Below, in pieces: positions 1-13,270 of a stretch of DNA of 64,000 nt (position 1 is its first letter; every line of letters begins with the position of its first letter). Position numbers and translations under genes: made by a program. The notes beneath the pieces were generated by a model that saw only the letters and a program-made list of their open reading frames with translations, was not told the origin of the DNA and did no database searches. The stretch comes from Eledone cirrhosa (lineage: Eukaryota): assembly GCA_964016885.1 (NCBI GenBank), contig OZ024758.1, forward strand, positions 9,796,001 to 9,860,000, written 5' to 3'.

Positions 1-400
1 ATGAATGGCTGTTTGTTCCGAGTTGAAGTAGAGTTCTTCATAGAATTTAGCCCAGCATTCAAGGATATCATCTTTGAAAGTAAGGATAGTATCGTTTGAA
101 TATTTAATGCCTCAGCTAAGATTTCTTGGTTTAGTCTTTAGTTTCTTCAGAACAGCATGATATAACCTGTTGGGTAGTAGGTTATTCAGCTCCTCAATGT
201 TGTACATTTGCTTAAGTTTGTCTGATTTAATGAGTTTTTTGGATTCAGCCTTTGCTATTCTATATTGGGCTGATTGATGTGTGGCCACATTCTCTTCTGA
301 TTCTGTGTTTTTCAGATACTGCTTAAAATATTTTTCTTTAATAGAAAATCTCAAAGGATTAAAAAAACCCAAAGAACTCCTGAACTTAACAGCTATCCAG
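1..400 (-). mobile_element. Decayed non-LTR retrotransposon ORF2 fragment (linker between endonuclease and RT; RTE/CR1/L2-like)
   Basis: The frame of ORF 112..426 continues past one TGA: ...YRIAKAESKKLIKSDK...LYHAVLKKLKTKPRNLS*GIKYSNDTILTFKDDILECWAKFYEELYF. This matches the typical LINE pre-RT motif (IKD..G.ILT....IL..W..Y(F)EELY). Confidence 0.75.
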
Positions 401-1799
401 TAGTGCAAAAGAGTGGGAAATAGCAAAATAAAATGATAAAAAGCATCAACAAACAGACATGCAAAATGATTTAAAATAAAAAAAAAAAAAACAATTTGTA
501 TGATTTGGATATTATGTCATAAATGAAAAGTATAGAAAGATAATGGATGAGATTGAATTTCCAAGAAACCTAACTTGTATCCATACTATCATCATCATCT
601 TTTAATACCCCCCTGCAAGGGAATAACAACACACTAAAAGCAACAATGGATTAAACCAAAACTTAAATGTCTCTAATTTCACTTATCATTCATGGTAAAT
701 CATTGAAATATCTAGTTTTTACAATCAACCATGCTGGAAGCAAAAGGTAAAGAAAAACTAAGTTGAGGAAACCAATGATCTGTGTTGACAAAAACTATAC
801 AAAATAGTTCATGGGTTAGTTTGGTGTGAAGAGAAGAGGTTTCAAGACTATTCTTTCAGAGAACTTATTTCTCCCTCTCAGACAAAGAGAGAAGCCCAAC
901 ATGCCAAATGATTCTTACTGTAGTACACAAAAACTTCGTTTTAAATTAAGAGAACTTTACTGATTTTGTAATACTAAGTACAGCAGATTTACAATAATAA
1001 CAGCTAAAAGTAAATGTCAAATGCATTCGACAAAAAACGGAATATTTGTGCAGTCCACACATACTGAAAGACAGGTAAACGACAAACTGTTTAAGGAGGC
1101 TGTCAAAAATTAAATGAAAGTGTTTGAACAGATTTTAGTATTGCTACTTTGAAGAGTCTAGAATAAAGAGAGTGAAAAACTAAACTTGTGTACAAAACAA
1201 AGAAAAACTAAAAAAAAAGTGACAAAATAAAAAAAAAGCAATGACAATAGATTGAAAATGTGCAAATTCACCAACATTTTCATAAGTGCTTAATGGATAT
1301 GATTTTTTTTAAAGCATTAAAGTGTCAACCAAAATCCTAGAGAATAATTTGACATAAATTAAATCAAATACACTACAGGTTTTATGAAGCAGAGATAAAT
1401 CAAGAAAGAGATGAATTAATTGTATAGCCATTAGATTAATTCAATCTCATATGCAGCTAATTTGTCTCAGACAAGTTAAATTGTCTATGTAAATTCCCAC
1501 TATAAGTTAACTATGTTCACAGGAGGAATAAACACTCAGTATTAAGGACAGTTTAATTTATAACTGGTCTCAATTAGGATTCCATATGAAATCAATGTGA
1601 ATAATGGCTCATAATAAACTACCAAGCAAGATTGCTTTGCAGTATTAACTTCAGTAAATCATTTTATGTTCTAATCCCACAGGAGATTTGTTTTTAGCAG
1701 AGTGAAAATAAGTGTTAGTGATATAATGAAGTTGCTCCAATTCAATTACTCCAACTTAGATAACTTACAGTGTCTAGTTGTGCTTATATAAATGTATCA

Positions 1800-1995
1800 A
1801 TTAGCCCCAGGACAGCTCTCATTGCATTGAACTATGACCAAAGGATTTCGAGCTGCAACAATCCAATCTATTTTCCATACATAATGTATCTAGGAGTACA
1901 TGATACTATGTCTCCTCCACTTTTCCTTTTACAATGGTAGAGTGTTCTTGATGGAAATTAACTATTTCTAGCATATTAAATGGCCACAGAACCCA
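1800..1995 (+). repeat. Dispersed repeat family C (unclassified), degenerate copy
   Basis: Shares tatgaccaaagga..., tatctaggagtaca and ctatttctagca blocks with copies near 8735, 55005, 56760 and 57165. Confidence 0.5.
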
Positions 1996-2092
1996 TATTG
2001 ATTGCAGCATTGTGTTTAACAATCCTAATTAAAATTACAGCTAATATTGAAAAGAAGGATCAATATAGTGACCATAAAAGTTGCCTGGCATA

Positions 2093-2210
2093 TTAACCCT
2101 TTAGTAATCAATCCACTTGAAACTGGTTGCCCTGGTTCTATGATACAAAACTAGGTTTTGAAGTGTTCATTATTTTTTTTACTTAAGCCTTCCATCAAAT
2201 TTATGAAAGA
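2093..2210 (+). mobile_element. piggyBac-like MITE family B, left part
   Basis: Starts TTAA-CCCTTTAGTAA; contains the ctggttctatgatacaaaa block shared with the 43430 and 51191 copies. Confidence 0.55.
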
Positions 2211-2979
2211 AAATTAATAGCAAACCAATATGGATGATTAGAATATATGTAACTTGATCTCAAATACCACCAATATCAACTATTATTCAGTCCACTGCAC
2301 TAAAGAAAAAAAAAAATATCAATAGTATACTAAATTTGGATCAATCAACTGCAGTACCAGCTGTTGCTAACTAAAAAAAAAAAATATTTGAAATCAGGTT
2401 AGCACTGATCAATATTGCTTTGAACTAATAACTATTATGCAGAGAAGGAAATATACGAGTAAATATATATATGAAAATCAAGTATTGTGATCTTAATATT
2501 GGTAATAATAGCAGTAATGATAGAGGTAATAGTTAAATATAACAAGAATCAATCTTAAACCGAAATTCTCAGTATTTCAAACATGTTAAGACCAAAGAAA
2601 AAAAACCTGGGCATAAATGATGAAAGCAGATTTTAAGACAATTTCAGAGGAGATTGGAGGAATGCAATGAGTGAAGAGATGTGCTGGAAAAGACTCACCC
2701 AACTCATGCAAGTATGGAAAAGCAAGCATGAAAAGGATGTTGATGAATTATCCAGGTTTCTGGTAGGAGAAAGTTATATATAAACTGATGAAACAATAAA
2801 TGGCAAATCAAATAGAAAAATACCTTATTGCAAACCATTGATAACTTATTTCACTGAAATTTACTTTTCCACAAAACATTGTAATATTATCACAAATACT
2901 TTAATGTATAGAAGAGGAGCAAATAAAGAACAAAGCTAACAAAGGTTTCTAAATTGGTGAATGTCATTGATCTGCTTTT

Positions 2980-3197
2980 AACAGCTCTGGTTCTACAATA
3001 AAATACTTCCTTTTAAAGCGTTTACATTTATCTAAAAACCATTCCATAAACATTTTATATAAGAATTTTAAGTTATATTCCAAACACCAGCTTAATGAGA
3101 AAGTTACAAAGAAACATCTACAAATTCTTGTTTTCAAAACTATTTGAAAAATCATTGGCAGAGTCTTTCATGAGAAATATTGTAACTAAAGGGTTAA
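2980..3197 (+). mobile_element. piggyBac-like MITE family B, right part
   Basis: Ends gagaaatattgtaactaaaggg-TTAA; internal similarity to 43430-43770 and 62740-62934. Confidence 0.55.
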
Positions 3198-3874
3198 CAG
3201 CAAGACTTTCACAACTTTTCTACAATATAAAATTTCCTTTTGACCAGGGCAGCAAGGTCGTTGTTGTAAAAGGGATAGTGTCATTTTATCAAAGCCAGAT
3301 GGAATTAAGGACAAAATTGACAAAGTCTGAAGAAAGACAAGACAAACTAATCACCACAAAGTGTGAAGTCCAGCTTCTACTAAATTGAAAAATCAGTCAT
3401 GAAGTTTGAAAGCTTGGAAAATGATTGAGGAAACTGAACATTACAACTATGAGGCAATTCCATGTAACTGCAAAACAAGACTACATTACAAACAAATTTA
3501 ATTAGGTAGACACAAACCAATCAAGACATCTACATGGTGGCTCAACTTGCTAGAACAACTGCCAAACCTCTTAATCACAATCTTGGGAAAGGACATATTG
3601 ATAGGAGTATGATAAAGAATACTAGACATTACACTAAAATGCATTGGTGGTATAGAAAGATGGTAGAAGTTGAGATATACGAGAGGATTTTGTTATAAAA
3701 AAAAAACAAAAAAACTATGGTTGTTATATGAAAGACATTTAATAACCGATATGACTGCTATTTGTTTTTATAATCCCTCGCTCTGTAAACCAACACTAGA
3801 ATCTGTGTCTGGAATTTCATGTGAATGTGTGTATCAGTTTCCTCTCTATCAAACACCACTTAAAAGTTACCGAT

Positions 3875-3972
3875 GAACCTGAGCCTGTGGTAGAAAACAT
3901 TTGAGCAAAGAGACCGAATCCTGAATCACAGATTGCAATGCAAACTTCCTAACCACAGAAGTATGACTGCTC
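3875..3972 (-). mobile_element. SINE fragment (family S2 head)
   Basis: Reverse complement resembles the ...gtggttaggaagtttgc...gattcaggattcg... head also seen at 49857 and 56050. Confidence 0.45.
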
Positions 3973-4715
3973 TCAAAGTAATGTAGTCAAAAAGCAAAAT
4001 GTTATGATCCAGTGTCTAGCTAGACTAGACTACATTTAACCAACACCAGCATTTTTTAACTGTCCTACTACACAATCTCATTGATTTAGCCAGAAATGAG
4101 AGGGGCATTGCTGAAATCAATATATATTGCACATCATAAGTTGAAATTTAAAACAAAATGTATTTGTGACTGAATATATTACAGGCTTGTTTTAATTAGA
4201 ATAAAAGCAAAACAATTACTTGACATGGAAACATTAACATAAGGAAATAGAAAATATTCCACTTGAAACAGTTAAACACCACTACAACTGTAATAATTAC
4301 TAATGCCTTTGTAATGTGGACAAAACTATGTCACACTGGTATAATTGTTTAATATTACAAATTTTTTAGTCTTTGTGAGACTACAAAAGTTATAAAGTTA
4401 TGGGCTCTCCTTAAGTCATAAGAAAAATTATGTTCTTATACATTTTGAATTCAGTTTTTATGGGGGCTGATCCCCAACCCCAGGACAGTCATAAAATAGG
4501 TACCAGTTATATTCTATATTGTTCATAGACTTGTAGCTTTTTTTTTTTTACTTTATATAAAATTTCCTATATTTACACAGGTGGAATGATTTTTGTTAAA
4601 ATAATTGTTTATACATCTAGATTTCCTACCGGAAAACCACCGAACATAAGGGTGGTAAGACACTCAGGAAAGCTGGACAGCAGAAGGTCTTCAGAGAAGA
4701 AATCTCACAAGTGTT

Positions 4716-4928
4716 TTAGCCTTTAGCATTTAAACCGGCCATATCTGGCCAGAATTCTCTTACCCCTTTCTGTTCAAACTGGCCACTCAAACTTATGTTA
4801 AGGTATTGTTCTCAAAACAAATATCAAAATCTCATGGATTCGATATTATGTGAGAATTATGTGAGGTAAAGCCTTTATCACGAAAATTCAATAGTAAATA
4901 TAGAGTAATTTAAATGCTAAAGGGTTAA
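4716..4928 (+). mobile_element. piggyBac-like MITE family A
   Basis: TIRs cctttagcattt...aaatgctaaaggg, right TTAA; body shared with 13822, 20868, 35983 and 43588. Confidence 0.8.
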
Positions 4929-7565
4929 ACTTCAAAATAAACAGCAACATGTCATAGAATCAAAGGCAGTTTCAGGTGGTTTGGTATCAAAAGGGTTAGA
5001 AGTAAACCCATGTAGAGTGGAATGTGGTTACTACAATGACAACACTGCATTTCAGTATTAATGTTTGAATTTCTGACTAAGGTTTGTAATCCAGCACCTT
5101 AACCTCACATCCAAAGAAATTTCACTATGCAACTTACAGGTTGAAGTAATAAAGATGTTGAATTTCTCAATACATCACATTTTCTTTACATCAAAGTATT
5201 TATCCAGTCAAATGAGAGTTAAAAGTGATAGCTATTATACAATAGACAACGATGCTGGAGAAAATTGCTTTCAGTTTCTTAAAAATCAAACTTGTATTTC
5301 ATTAGTATTCAGAATCCTGACAATGAAATAAGTTTGTTCCAACAATCATTTCATATTAAAACCTTTTGTGAATTACAAATAAACCATTTCACTTATCTCA
5401 ATGAAATTCTCAGAATTGGAGATAATTTTTTTTCCTTTAAACACAAACACTTTGAAACTAGTTCAAAACAACCAGGATTGTAGTTTTTTCAAGCCTCATA
5501 ACTCAAATATATATAGAAAGTAAGTCAACCCAGTGGACTGCATCCTACTAGATAGATATAGTAAGTAGGGTGAACACATCACTGTAAGCTCAAAATAATT
5601 ATCAGTTTCACAATGCTGTGACAGTATATAGAGATTATTTTTTTTACAGTTAGCAAAAAGGTAAAAGGACTATTACATGTGGCCAATCACTGTGTTGCAG
5701 TACTATTCACATCCTATCAATGTTCATTGACCCAGTCCACTTAAATATCCTTAGCATAGTGCATTACTGGCAACGGAAATGTAGTACCACTCCTTCAGAT
5801 AAGCCAGCACCCTATCAACTGTACCATCTGTGGCTCTTAAATTTGATACTTAGAAAGACAAGACCACCGAATGCAATAAATTGTATTCAAGACATTTAAA
5901 TGTTGAAAAGTTAAAACGCCAAGCAGATATTTCCACAATACTTAAAATTTATTAATATTCCTTTTAGATAACCCTCACCAAAACAAACTCATTGTGTTAA
6001 ATAAATGCTTATATTCACTACTACAACTTCGAGCTGAATTGTAAATATACAAAGCTATCTCTATTGTTCATACCAGCTGATTGTCAATATGCCATAATAC
6101 TAATGACTCGTACCTATACAAGCATTGAAACACAAAGTAAATGTAATGCGAAACTGGAGACAACAGTGTTAGTGATCAAATGGAGACATAGGGTTTGAAT
6201 GGGCAATTCAGTCAGGATTAGCATGTGACAAACCTCTCTAGGGCTGGTGCTACAATAAAATGTCCCCCTCCCCCAGTATACTTTATAAAGTGGTTTGCAT
6301 TAAGATGCACATCAAGCCATAGAAACAATGCTAAATATGAAATGCATAAGCAAAATGGGTTGATCCAAACTGTCTGGTTTTTGACCAAGATAACCCATTT
6401 AACTCAGTCTTTTAAAGTATCACTCCATTTACACAAACTTAGATATGGCAAAAAATAAAAATGTCAATTCTACAGTAAAACATATCAGAACGATACAATT
6501 CAAATGAAGAAATCCTTCCACAACATAGGTGAAGAAAGAGCAATAAGTGACATTTATAGCCAGTACTACCAGTATTACCTAGGAGAAACAATTTAACTAC
6601 AAAAGCAAATGACTAGAATAAAGCAGAAATGAGTAGTTTTCTGTACTTACTGGGGCAACGAAAACAGAAAAGAGCTAATTTTTATGACAGCAGCACTATT
6701 TTACAGAGCAGAACTAGGTTTTTTTTTTGGTTTTTTTATGTGGTGCCAACTTAACCACTTTACAGAGTCGAATATAAATTTCCAGATAATGGATATTTAA
6801 TTTTTTTCAAAAACATTTGACAGATCACACGAAAGTGAGACAAAAATATGACCAGAGTTGTCACCTGTACTTCTAAATAATTGAAACATTAGCTAATTGT
6901 TTTTTATATTCTATTTTAGTTTTAAATATTAAATATACCAACACCTATTTAGTCATTAAAAATATAACTAATGGCTAGCGTTAAGTAAGCCGTAATAGAC
7001 CATATACATGATCAAATGCTTCCATTCCTAACTCATTTTATCAGGTATGCTAGCATAGAAGATGAACGTTAAACAAAGATGATAGTGTATGAAAAATGAG
7101 CTCCACAAATTGACTTGGCTCTTAGTACGTCACTCTTGCTATTATCTGGGGCAATACATTTACAATTCTGTCTGCCAAGACCATTAAACAACACCTGATG
7201 TTTTGCAAAGAAAATGAGAGCATAATGTCTTATGTATGACCTTTTTATTTAAGTTACAAAAGTATTACATTAATATGAAAAAAAACTTCATTATCTAATG
7301 CAATTTTCCTAGATTCGGCTGCTATTTCAAGCAACTGAGAAGCTACCAAGTGGCTTCACAGAAAACATGGTATTTCTGTTATTTTAACAGATTCCTTTAT
7401 GTGCATTCTAAATTATAGACATATGGAGGTAGATTCTATCGTGCAGTAGTCTCACCCTTCCCATAACAATACATGAATTTTAATTTATTTAGAAAGCATC
7501 TCTAGAACATCTAACATTAAAAGCAACAAATTTGAAAAATATGACAAAAATATTCTACCATACAT

Positions 7566-7640
7566 CAGGTGCATGGGGAACAGCAGGTGCACGGGGAACA
7601 GCAGGTGCACGGGGAACAGCAGGTGCACGGGGAACAGCAG
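7566..7640. repeat. 18-bp minisatellite x4 (caggtgcacggggaacag)
   Basis: Direct reading; this explains the GTAGAR repeats in ORF 7532..7750. Confidence 0.95.
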
Positions 7641-7896
7641 CCAGTGAAACCATGATTGTCACAACTTTTCATTATTTTAGCTTATGTGATCATAGAAAAT
7701 TTGGAGATCTAAAACAATCTGATAATCAGCTGCTTTTAATATATTTTTGAATTTTTTAATTGATTTCTATCTAATTAAACATTGTTCAATGTTTACTCCA
7801 TTTTCCCAATAAACAGAATTAAAATATACAATAAAATTTAAATTATCTAAAGAGAAACTCAAGGAAAAGCTGATATTTCAATAATTTATGATAAGT

Positions 7897-8075
7897 CACA
7901 CACACACACACACACACACTACAGCACACACTAATATCTATAAGTTGCACACTACAGCACACACTAATATTTATCATGTTGCACACTACAGCACACAATA
8001 TTTATGTTGCACACACTACCGCACACTAATATCTATCATGTTGCATACCGAGTTACTACAGCACGCACTACTATT
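7897..8075. repeat. (CA)n followed by a degenerate ~34-bp tandem repeat (gttgcacactacagcacacactaatatttatcat)
   Basis: About 4-5 imperfect units visible. Confidence 0.85.
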
Positions 8076-8569
8076 TCAATATGTTGCCAAAATTTGAGTG
8101 CAATAACTTTAATGCACCTTTAAAATGACAACAATGCTGGCAAAGTAAGTATATATATTTTCACACCCTAAAATCACCCCAACACACACTCACACAGACA
8201 CACACACACTTAGATGAAACAACACATAGCTGTTAGAGGATTAAAGAAAGTATATGGAATAATATAAAACAAAGATGGAAGAGAGAGCTTATTTCTTCTT
8301 TTTGGTATTTATAACAATAACAGCAGTGAACAATATAAACATACACTAGATGGGAATATGAAGAATAGAAGGTAATGGAGAGGAGAGAAGCAGGAATGAA
8401 GAAGAAGGCTGGGAGGGGGGGGGGGCATGAGAAATATGTGAGAAATGGAGAAGCAAAATAAAGAAAAACAAAAAAAAGGGGAGGAAAATAGAAAGGTAAT
8501 AGAAGGATAGGGGATAGAGAACCATGGGGGGGGGGTGATAAATTATGTAACAGTTGTAGTAATACTTAC

Positions 8570-8676
8570 CCTGAGTTAGTGTGGGATAAAGGTTGAGCTC
8601 ATTGAATGCATCCCGGATACTATGAAAGGGGATACAATCTCCTTTCATATATTTCTGGTATGTAGACCACAACTTC
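8570..8676 (-). CDS. Second coding exon (107 nt) of a large-intron gene; EF-hand-like N-terminal segment, tentatively raw/OLRN-1 family
   Basis: Acceptor cttttattttccctttgacag| and donor CAGG|gtaagt. Reads (R)KLWSTYQKYMKGDCIPFHSIRDAFNELNLYPTLTQ. Its phase matches exon 59790-59833. The family call is recalled similarity only (AF.E..L.P+.+Q pattern). Confidence 0.85.
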
Positions 8677-8734
8677 CTGTCAAAGGGAAAATAAAAGAAA
8701 ATATATTATTGTTTTATAATTAATAGAAATGACG

Positions 8735-8895
8735 ATTTTAGCCCTAGGACTGTACTTACTGAGCAGACCTATAAGACATTTCAGCTGTGATCACATATGT
8801 CTTTTTTTTTTTAAAAGTGGACAGTAAAGCTGCAATTTAGGGGAGATTTGGTTGCTGTCTTTAGCAGATTGAGCAATCAAATATAGGCCTTCATT
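8735..8895 (+). repeat. Dispersed repeat family C
   Basis: gagcagacctat...gacatttcagctgtga...gggagatttggttgct...tagcagattgagcaa. Confidence 0.55.
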
Positions 8896-9021
8896 GGATC
8901 ACACAAATAGTAGTGGATACTTTGTATATTATATAATGCATGAATGTGATTCATAGAAAGATAGAAATTGACATTTGGGGACAATGTTGCTTAACAAATA
9001 AGCCTTTTTTTTTTTCTTATG

Positions 9022-9057
<36 letters not shown>

Positions 9058-9463
9058 AGGGGGGGGGGTCATGGCTCCGAAATGTTTTTATCTTCACATT
9101 TTCCCCCACAAACTGTCAGTCGTAAAAAAACTCTCAGAAGAGCTGGACAGCAGAAGGTCTTCAGAGAAGACTATAACATGGAATACCTTGATATGTCTGC
9201 TCAATCAGGACCAACTTGAAGCTGAACATCAGATTGGTGTCCATTTTACATGTTGCATGATTTACCTGCTTTACTCTTTAGTAATTACAAGCTATGATAA
9301 ATGGATATTTCTTCATTTATGTGAGAAAACAAAGTTATAAGAACAGGATAAGATTTGAGAAAAATTTGTTTTTCTCCTAAGGCGTTTCTTTCAAGGCTTA
9401 TTGATGCAAATGTCTTCAAAGAACAGCATCCCTGTATAAGAGAAGTACTTCTATATATTACAT

Positions 9464-9593
9464 GAGCTCACTAGCTCTATACACTACATGTATAATAGAA
9501 GTACTACTATATACTACATGGGCTCACTAGCTCTATACACTACATGAAGGACTGCACTACTAAGTAAACTGACTAGCTCTATACACTACATGA
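9464..9593. repeat. Local repeat actagctctatacactacatg x3
   Basis: Three near-identical copies with short spacers. Confidence 0.85.
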
Positions 9594-10381
9594 ACTATTC
9601 AATAGCATTCTCTTTGACCAAATATAGGTAACTGGATATAGTAAAATATAGAATTTTATTTAAAACCACATGAAATCTCAAGTCTTAATTTGTGACAATT
9701 TTAAGTACTAAAGTATTGTTTGATATTTTGTAGACCATACACCAAGGTTTACTTATTGTCACGCATAAAACTTGAGCTTACTATTACTAAATGAAATACG
9801 ATTTATACAGAGCAACCACCACAGAGTAGAATGTAGAAATTACTCAGAGCACCTGTTTATAAGCAGGTAACCTTAGTCATCAAGCATTGTCATGACACAA
9901 AGGGACACAGCAGATCCCGATGGTCCAAAAAAGTTTTTGGCCAGTATATATGCCAACTACTGATCCAGCCAGCTACAATTTTCAGAACCTTGCCATCTCA
10001 AAATATTCTTTGCAGTAAGATTTTTAAAAGATTTTTCTGTGTTTCGAAAATGAAGATAAGAGATACAAAATGGAGAGCCAAAATAAAGAATTTGAAATAT
10101 AATTACTATAACGATTTAATGTATATTGCTAGTATTTTATTGAGTAGGAAAGAAATAGTAAAGAAATAGTAAAGAATATCTGAATGTAAGATCAAAATCA
10201 TTGAACTATTTTTTGTGAAGTTTTGAAATATTTAGCTTTATGTAATTTTCTCTAAGTATCAAATTTATTTTCACAAGATTGATGTTTTATTTCTAAAAAC
10301 TGTCAAGAGGGGGAAATACATGATAAACCATAGAGAAATAGGTATCTTACCAGCATCTTGAAAAACTAAAAGAAAAAGGGG

Positions 10382-10419
<38 letters not shown>

Positions 10420-10924
10420 GGACTACCTTAGTAAAGAGCTGTTAAGTAAGGGTTGGAATATTTCTTCCTTGCTGCTAAGATACTACCTTCTAAATGCCAA
10501 CAAGAACATACCGATTTAAAATTATTCATGGTTATGTTGGGGAGGTAGTAAACCTAAGATGATTAAAATCAATGAAATGTTCAAATAGGTATAGTGAGTT
10601 GTCAGATCCAATGTAGAAATTATATTCCAAAGAAAGTCAATAACTAAAATAAGAACAGTAAATAGTATCCAACAAGAACTCATACTTGTAAATAATAAGT
10701 AAATATGAGAGAATCATAGATTATATTGATTTCTGGCAGAAATCTTTCTTGGAAGTACTTCTTAACCAATGCAATTATATATTCCATTATTATGTTACAG
10801 TTGTGTAAGACAATATAAAGAATGTTATGTCACCCATGTTAGAAATGTGTCACCATGGCAATAAGAAAATTAACAAACATCAATGTTATCACAAAACCAA
10901 AATATGAACCTTTTTAATATATAA

Positions 10925-10963
<39 letters not shown>

Positions 10964-11360
10964 GGTTAAGAAGTTTGTTTCACAACTACAATTTGTGGTT
11001 GATTAATGCCTTGTTAGTGAGATTTCATAGATTGAGACAATAGAAAAGTCTGTATGTGGCCATATCTACGTGTACTGTTTATATCATGTAACAGTGGCTT
11101 AATAAATACACATGAAATGGTATATTACAAATTTGTATTCCCTTCTAGGAGTCTAAATCTCGTGTGCATAAAGAGTTTGTCAGGCCAGTCCTGATTTAAT
11201 AAAAACTGATCAAATCTATTTGGAAATGACTAACCTATTTTCAAATCTTGTGTATATATTTATATATAATCTTAGGATCACAGTAGTCAGTATTTTATGT
11301 TTTTAAGAAAGATAAGGATTCAAGGTAGTTTTGGCTGTTATGCCTAGACTTGGATTGCAT

Positions 11361-11442
11361 GAGAGAGAGAGAGAGAGAGAGCGAGAGAGCGAGAGAGCGA
11401 GGGAGCGAGAGAGCGAGAGAGCGAGAGAGCGAGAGAGCGAGA
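11361..11442. repeat. Compound (GA)n/(GAGAGAGC)n microsatellite
   Basis: Direct reading; source of the ERERESER ORFs. Confidence 0.95.
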
Positions 11443-11642
11443 GTTATGGCTATGAACCAGTTTCTACCATCACATTTGGAGAGAAAATATAAATATGTCT
11501 TAAAAATAAAATCTAACAATTTCACTAATGATCACATTTCCAACAAACATAATTTTAACATGCTAAAATAGAAATAAAAAAACAGTAAAATAATTCTGCA
11601 GAGACAGAAATGTTTCATGGATACAATCTGGCTTGTTTGCAC

Positions 11643-11677
<35 letters not shown>

Positions 11678-12085
11678 ATTAAAACTTGTCAATTGCTATT
11701 AACTTCAAAGAGGTAATAATGATAACTAGTATCATTATATGGGTTGTTCTAATGAATCAAAAGATTAACAGAAATTAAGATTAAAACGAGGCTATACTGA
11801 GATTAAAGTTTAAATAAACAGTTTTCCAACAATTTTCATCCGCTTATCCTAAATCCAGAAATTTAAATGACAGTTTAAAGCAAATATATTCCGACAGAAT
11901 TCACTTTGATCCACCAGGAAACTTGTAAAGAATTAGAAGAACAAGGATTTAGGCCTAACACAAATATAAGACATTAAATATTGCAGATAGCAGAGAACAG
12001 GATTGCCCAAAGAATTTCAAAGATTCCAAGATTAACATCAACAGAACTTGAAATAGCTGTAGACAAGAGCATATAGAATACTTTG

Positions 12086-12119
<34 letters not shown>

Positions 12120-12869
12120 GGACAAGTAATAGTAAAATGAGGACAACTGCTATGTTGAAGCCACGTACTAAGTGAACAATAAAGCAACACACACACATAC
12201 ATAAAAGATGAGATAGTGTGGTCATTTAGAAGAAAGAGCTAAAGCTTTAACTTACTGTATATACTGGAATATAAGCTGAAGAATGTGAAATAAAAAAAAA
12301 TGGTAAACATGTGTTGATTAACTACCTCAGCTTATAGATGGGGTTTGGATTTTTGCCCATTTCTCAGACATAAAATGGGGGGGGGGGGGGCAGCTTATAT
12401 TCGAGGATATACAGCAATTCAGGATAGAAAAGCAAAATACAGTTCTTGGTCCATGAATATTACTAAAGAACAGTAACAAAAATGAAATAGGAAACTGGCA
12501 GCTATCAACTTCCACAAAATATATTGATTACCTAATATCGACAGGCAATGAACTAGGTGTCCTAAAATAGTGTGATAAAAGTTTTTAAAAAAAAAGTAAA
12601 AAGGTTACTCTGTCAATGAAATCAATAACTAGTGAAAAATCAATAAAATGTCAGAGAAAATTGAGTATAATCATTGCTTGATGCACGATACAAGTTCAAA
12701 AAGTTATCCTGTTTTGGAGCAAAATGGAAGGAAACAAAATGTAATATTTTATATTTTTCTAAAGAACTGTTAAGGTTTTGATCAAGTTTGCTGTGTTTCT
12801 TCTATTTCAAAGTCTAATTTTAGAAGTATGGCATAGACTACCATTTTAGAAGTATGGAGTAGACTACCA

Positions 12870-13185
12870 GAGTTGCATGCATGGACTCAGTGGAGTCGTA
12901 GAGGCACCATTTTGACATGGCATTTCATGGGCATTTTTAAGCCTGGCTGAGTCCATCCCTTTCCAGATCTAAACAGAGCAGATTTCTTCCAGAGAAGGAT
13001 AGAAAGAGATTTAGAGAAAGAATCAACTTCAGTATTTGACTAGTATGTTCGTGTTTTATTCTTTTTATCGACCTTGAAAGGGTGAAAAACAAACTTGACT
13101 TTGGTGGGATCTGAACTCAGAGATCCGGAACAAATAAAGGAAAGCATTCTATCCGACATTCTAAAGACTGCCAATTCGCCGCTTA
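12870..13185 (-). mobile_element. tRNA-head SINE (S1) with extended 3' tail
   Basis: Reverse complement of the 55751-56035 type: B-box gagttcagatccc, gtcgataaaaag, tail tctggaagaaatctgct...ccaggcttaaaaatgccc. Confidence 0.75.
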
Positions 13186-13198
13186 TGTGAATGCCCCA

Positions 13199-13270
13199 GA
13201 GAGAGAGAGAGAGAGAGCGAGAGAGAGCGAGAGAGAGCGAGAGAGAGCGAGCGAGAGCGAGAGCGAGAGA
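13199..13270. repeat. Compound (GA)n/(GAGC) microsatellite
   Basis: Direct reading. Confidence 0.95.

Noticed and set aside
8346-8569. C-terminal extension of ORF 8346..8672
   Set aside because: Read-through past a consensus gtaagt donor into low-complexity intron sequence
9464-9593. Repeat-spacer-like array (21-nt repeat x3)
   Set aside because: Spacers are of uneven length and partly resemble the repeat; a degenerate tandem duplication
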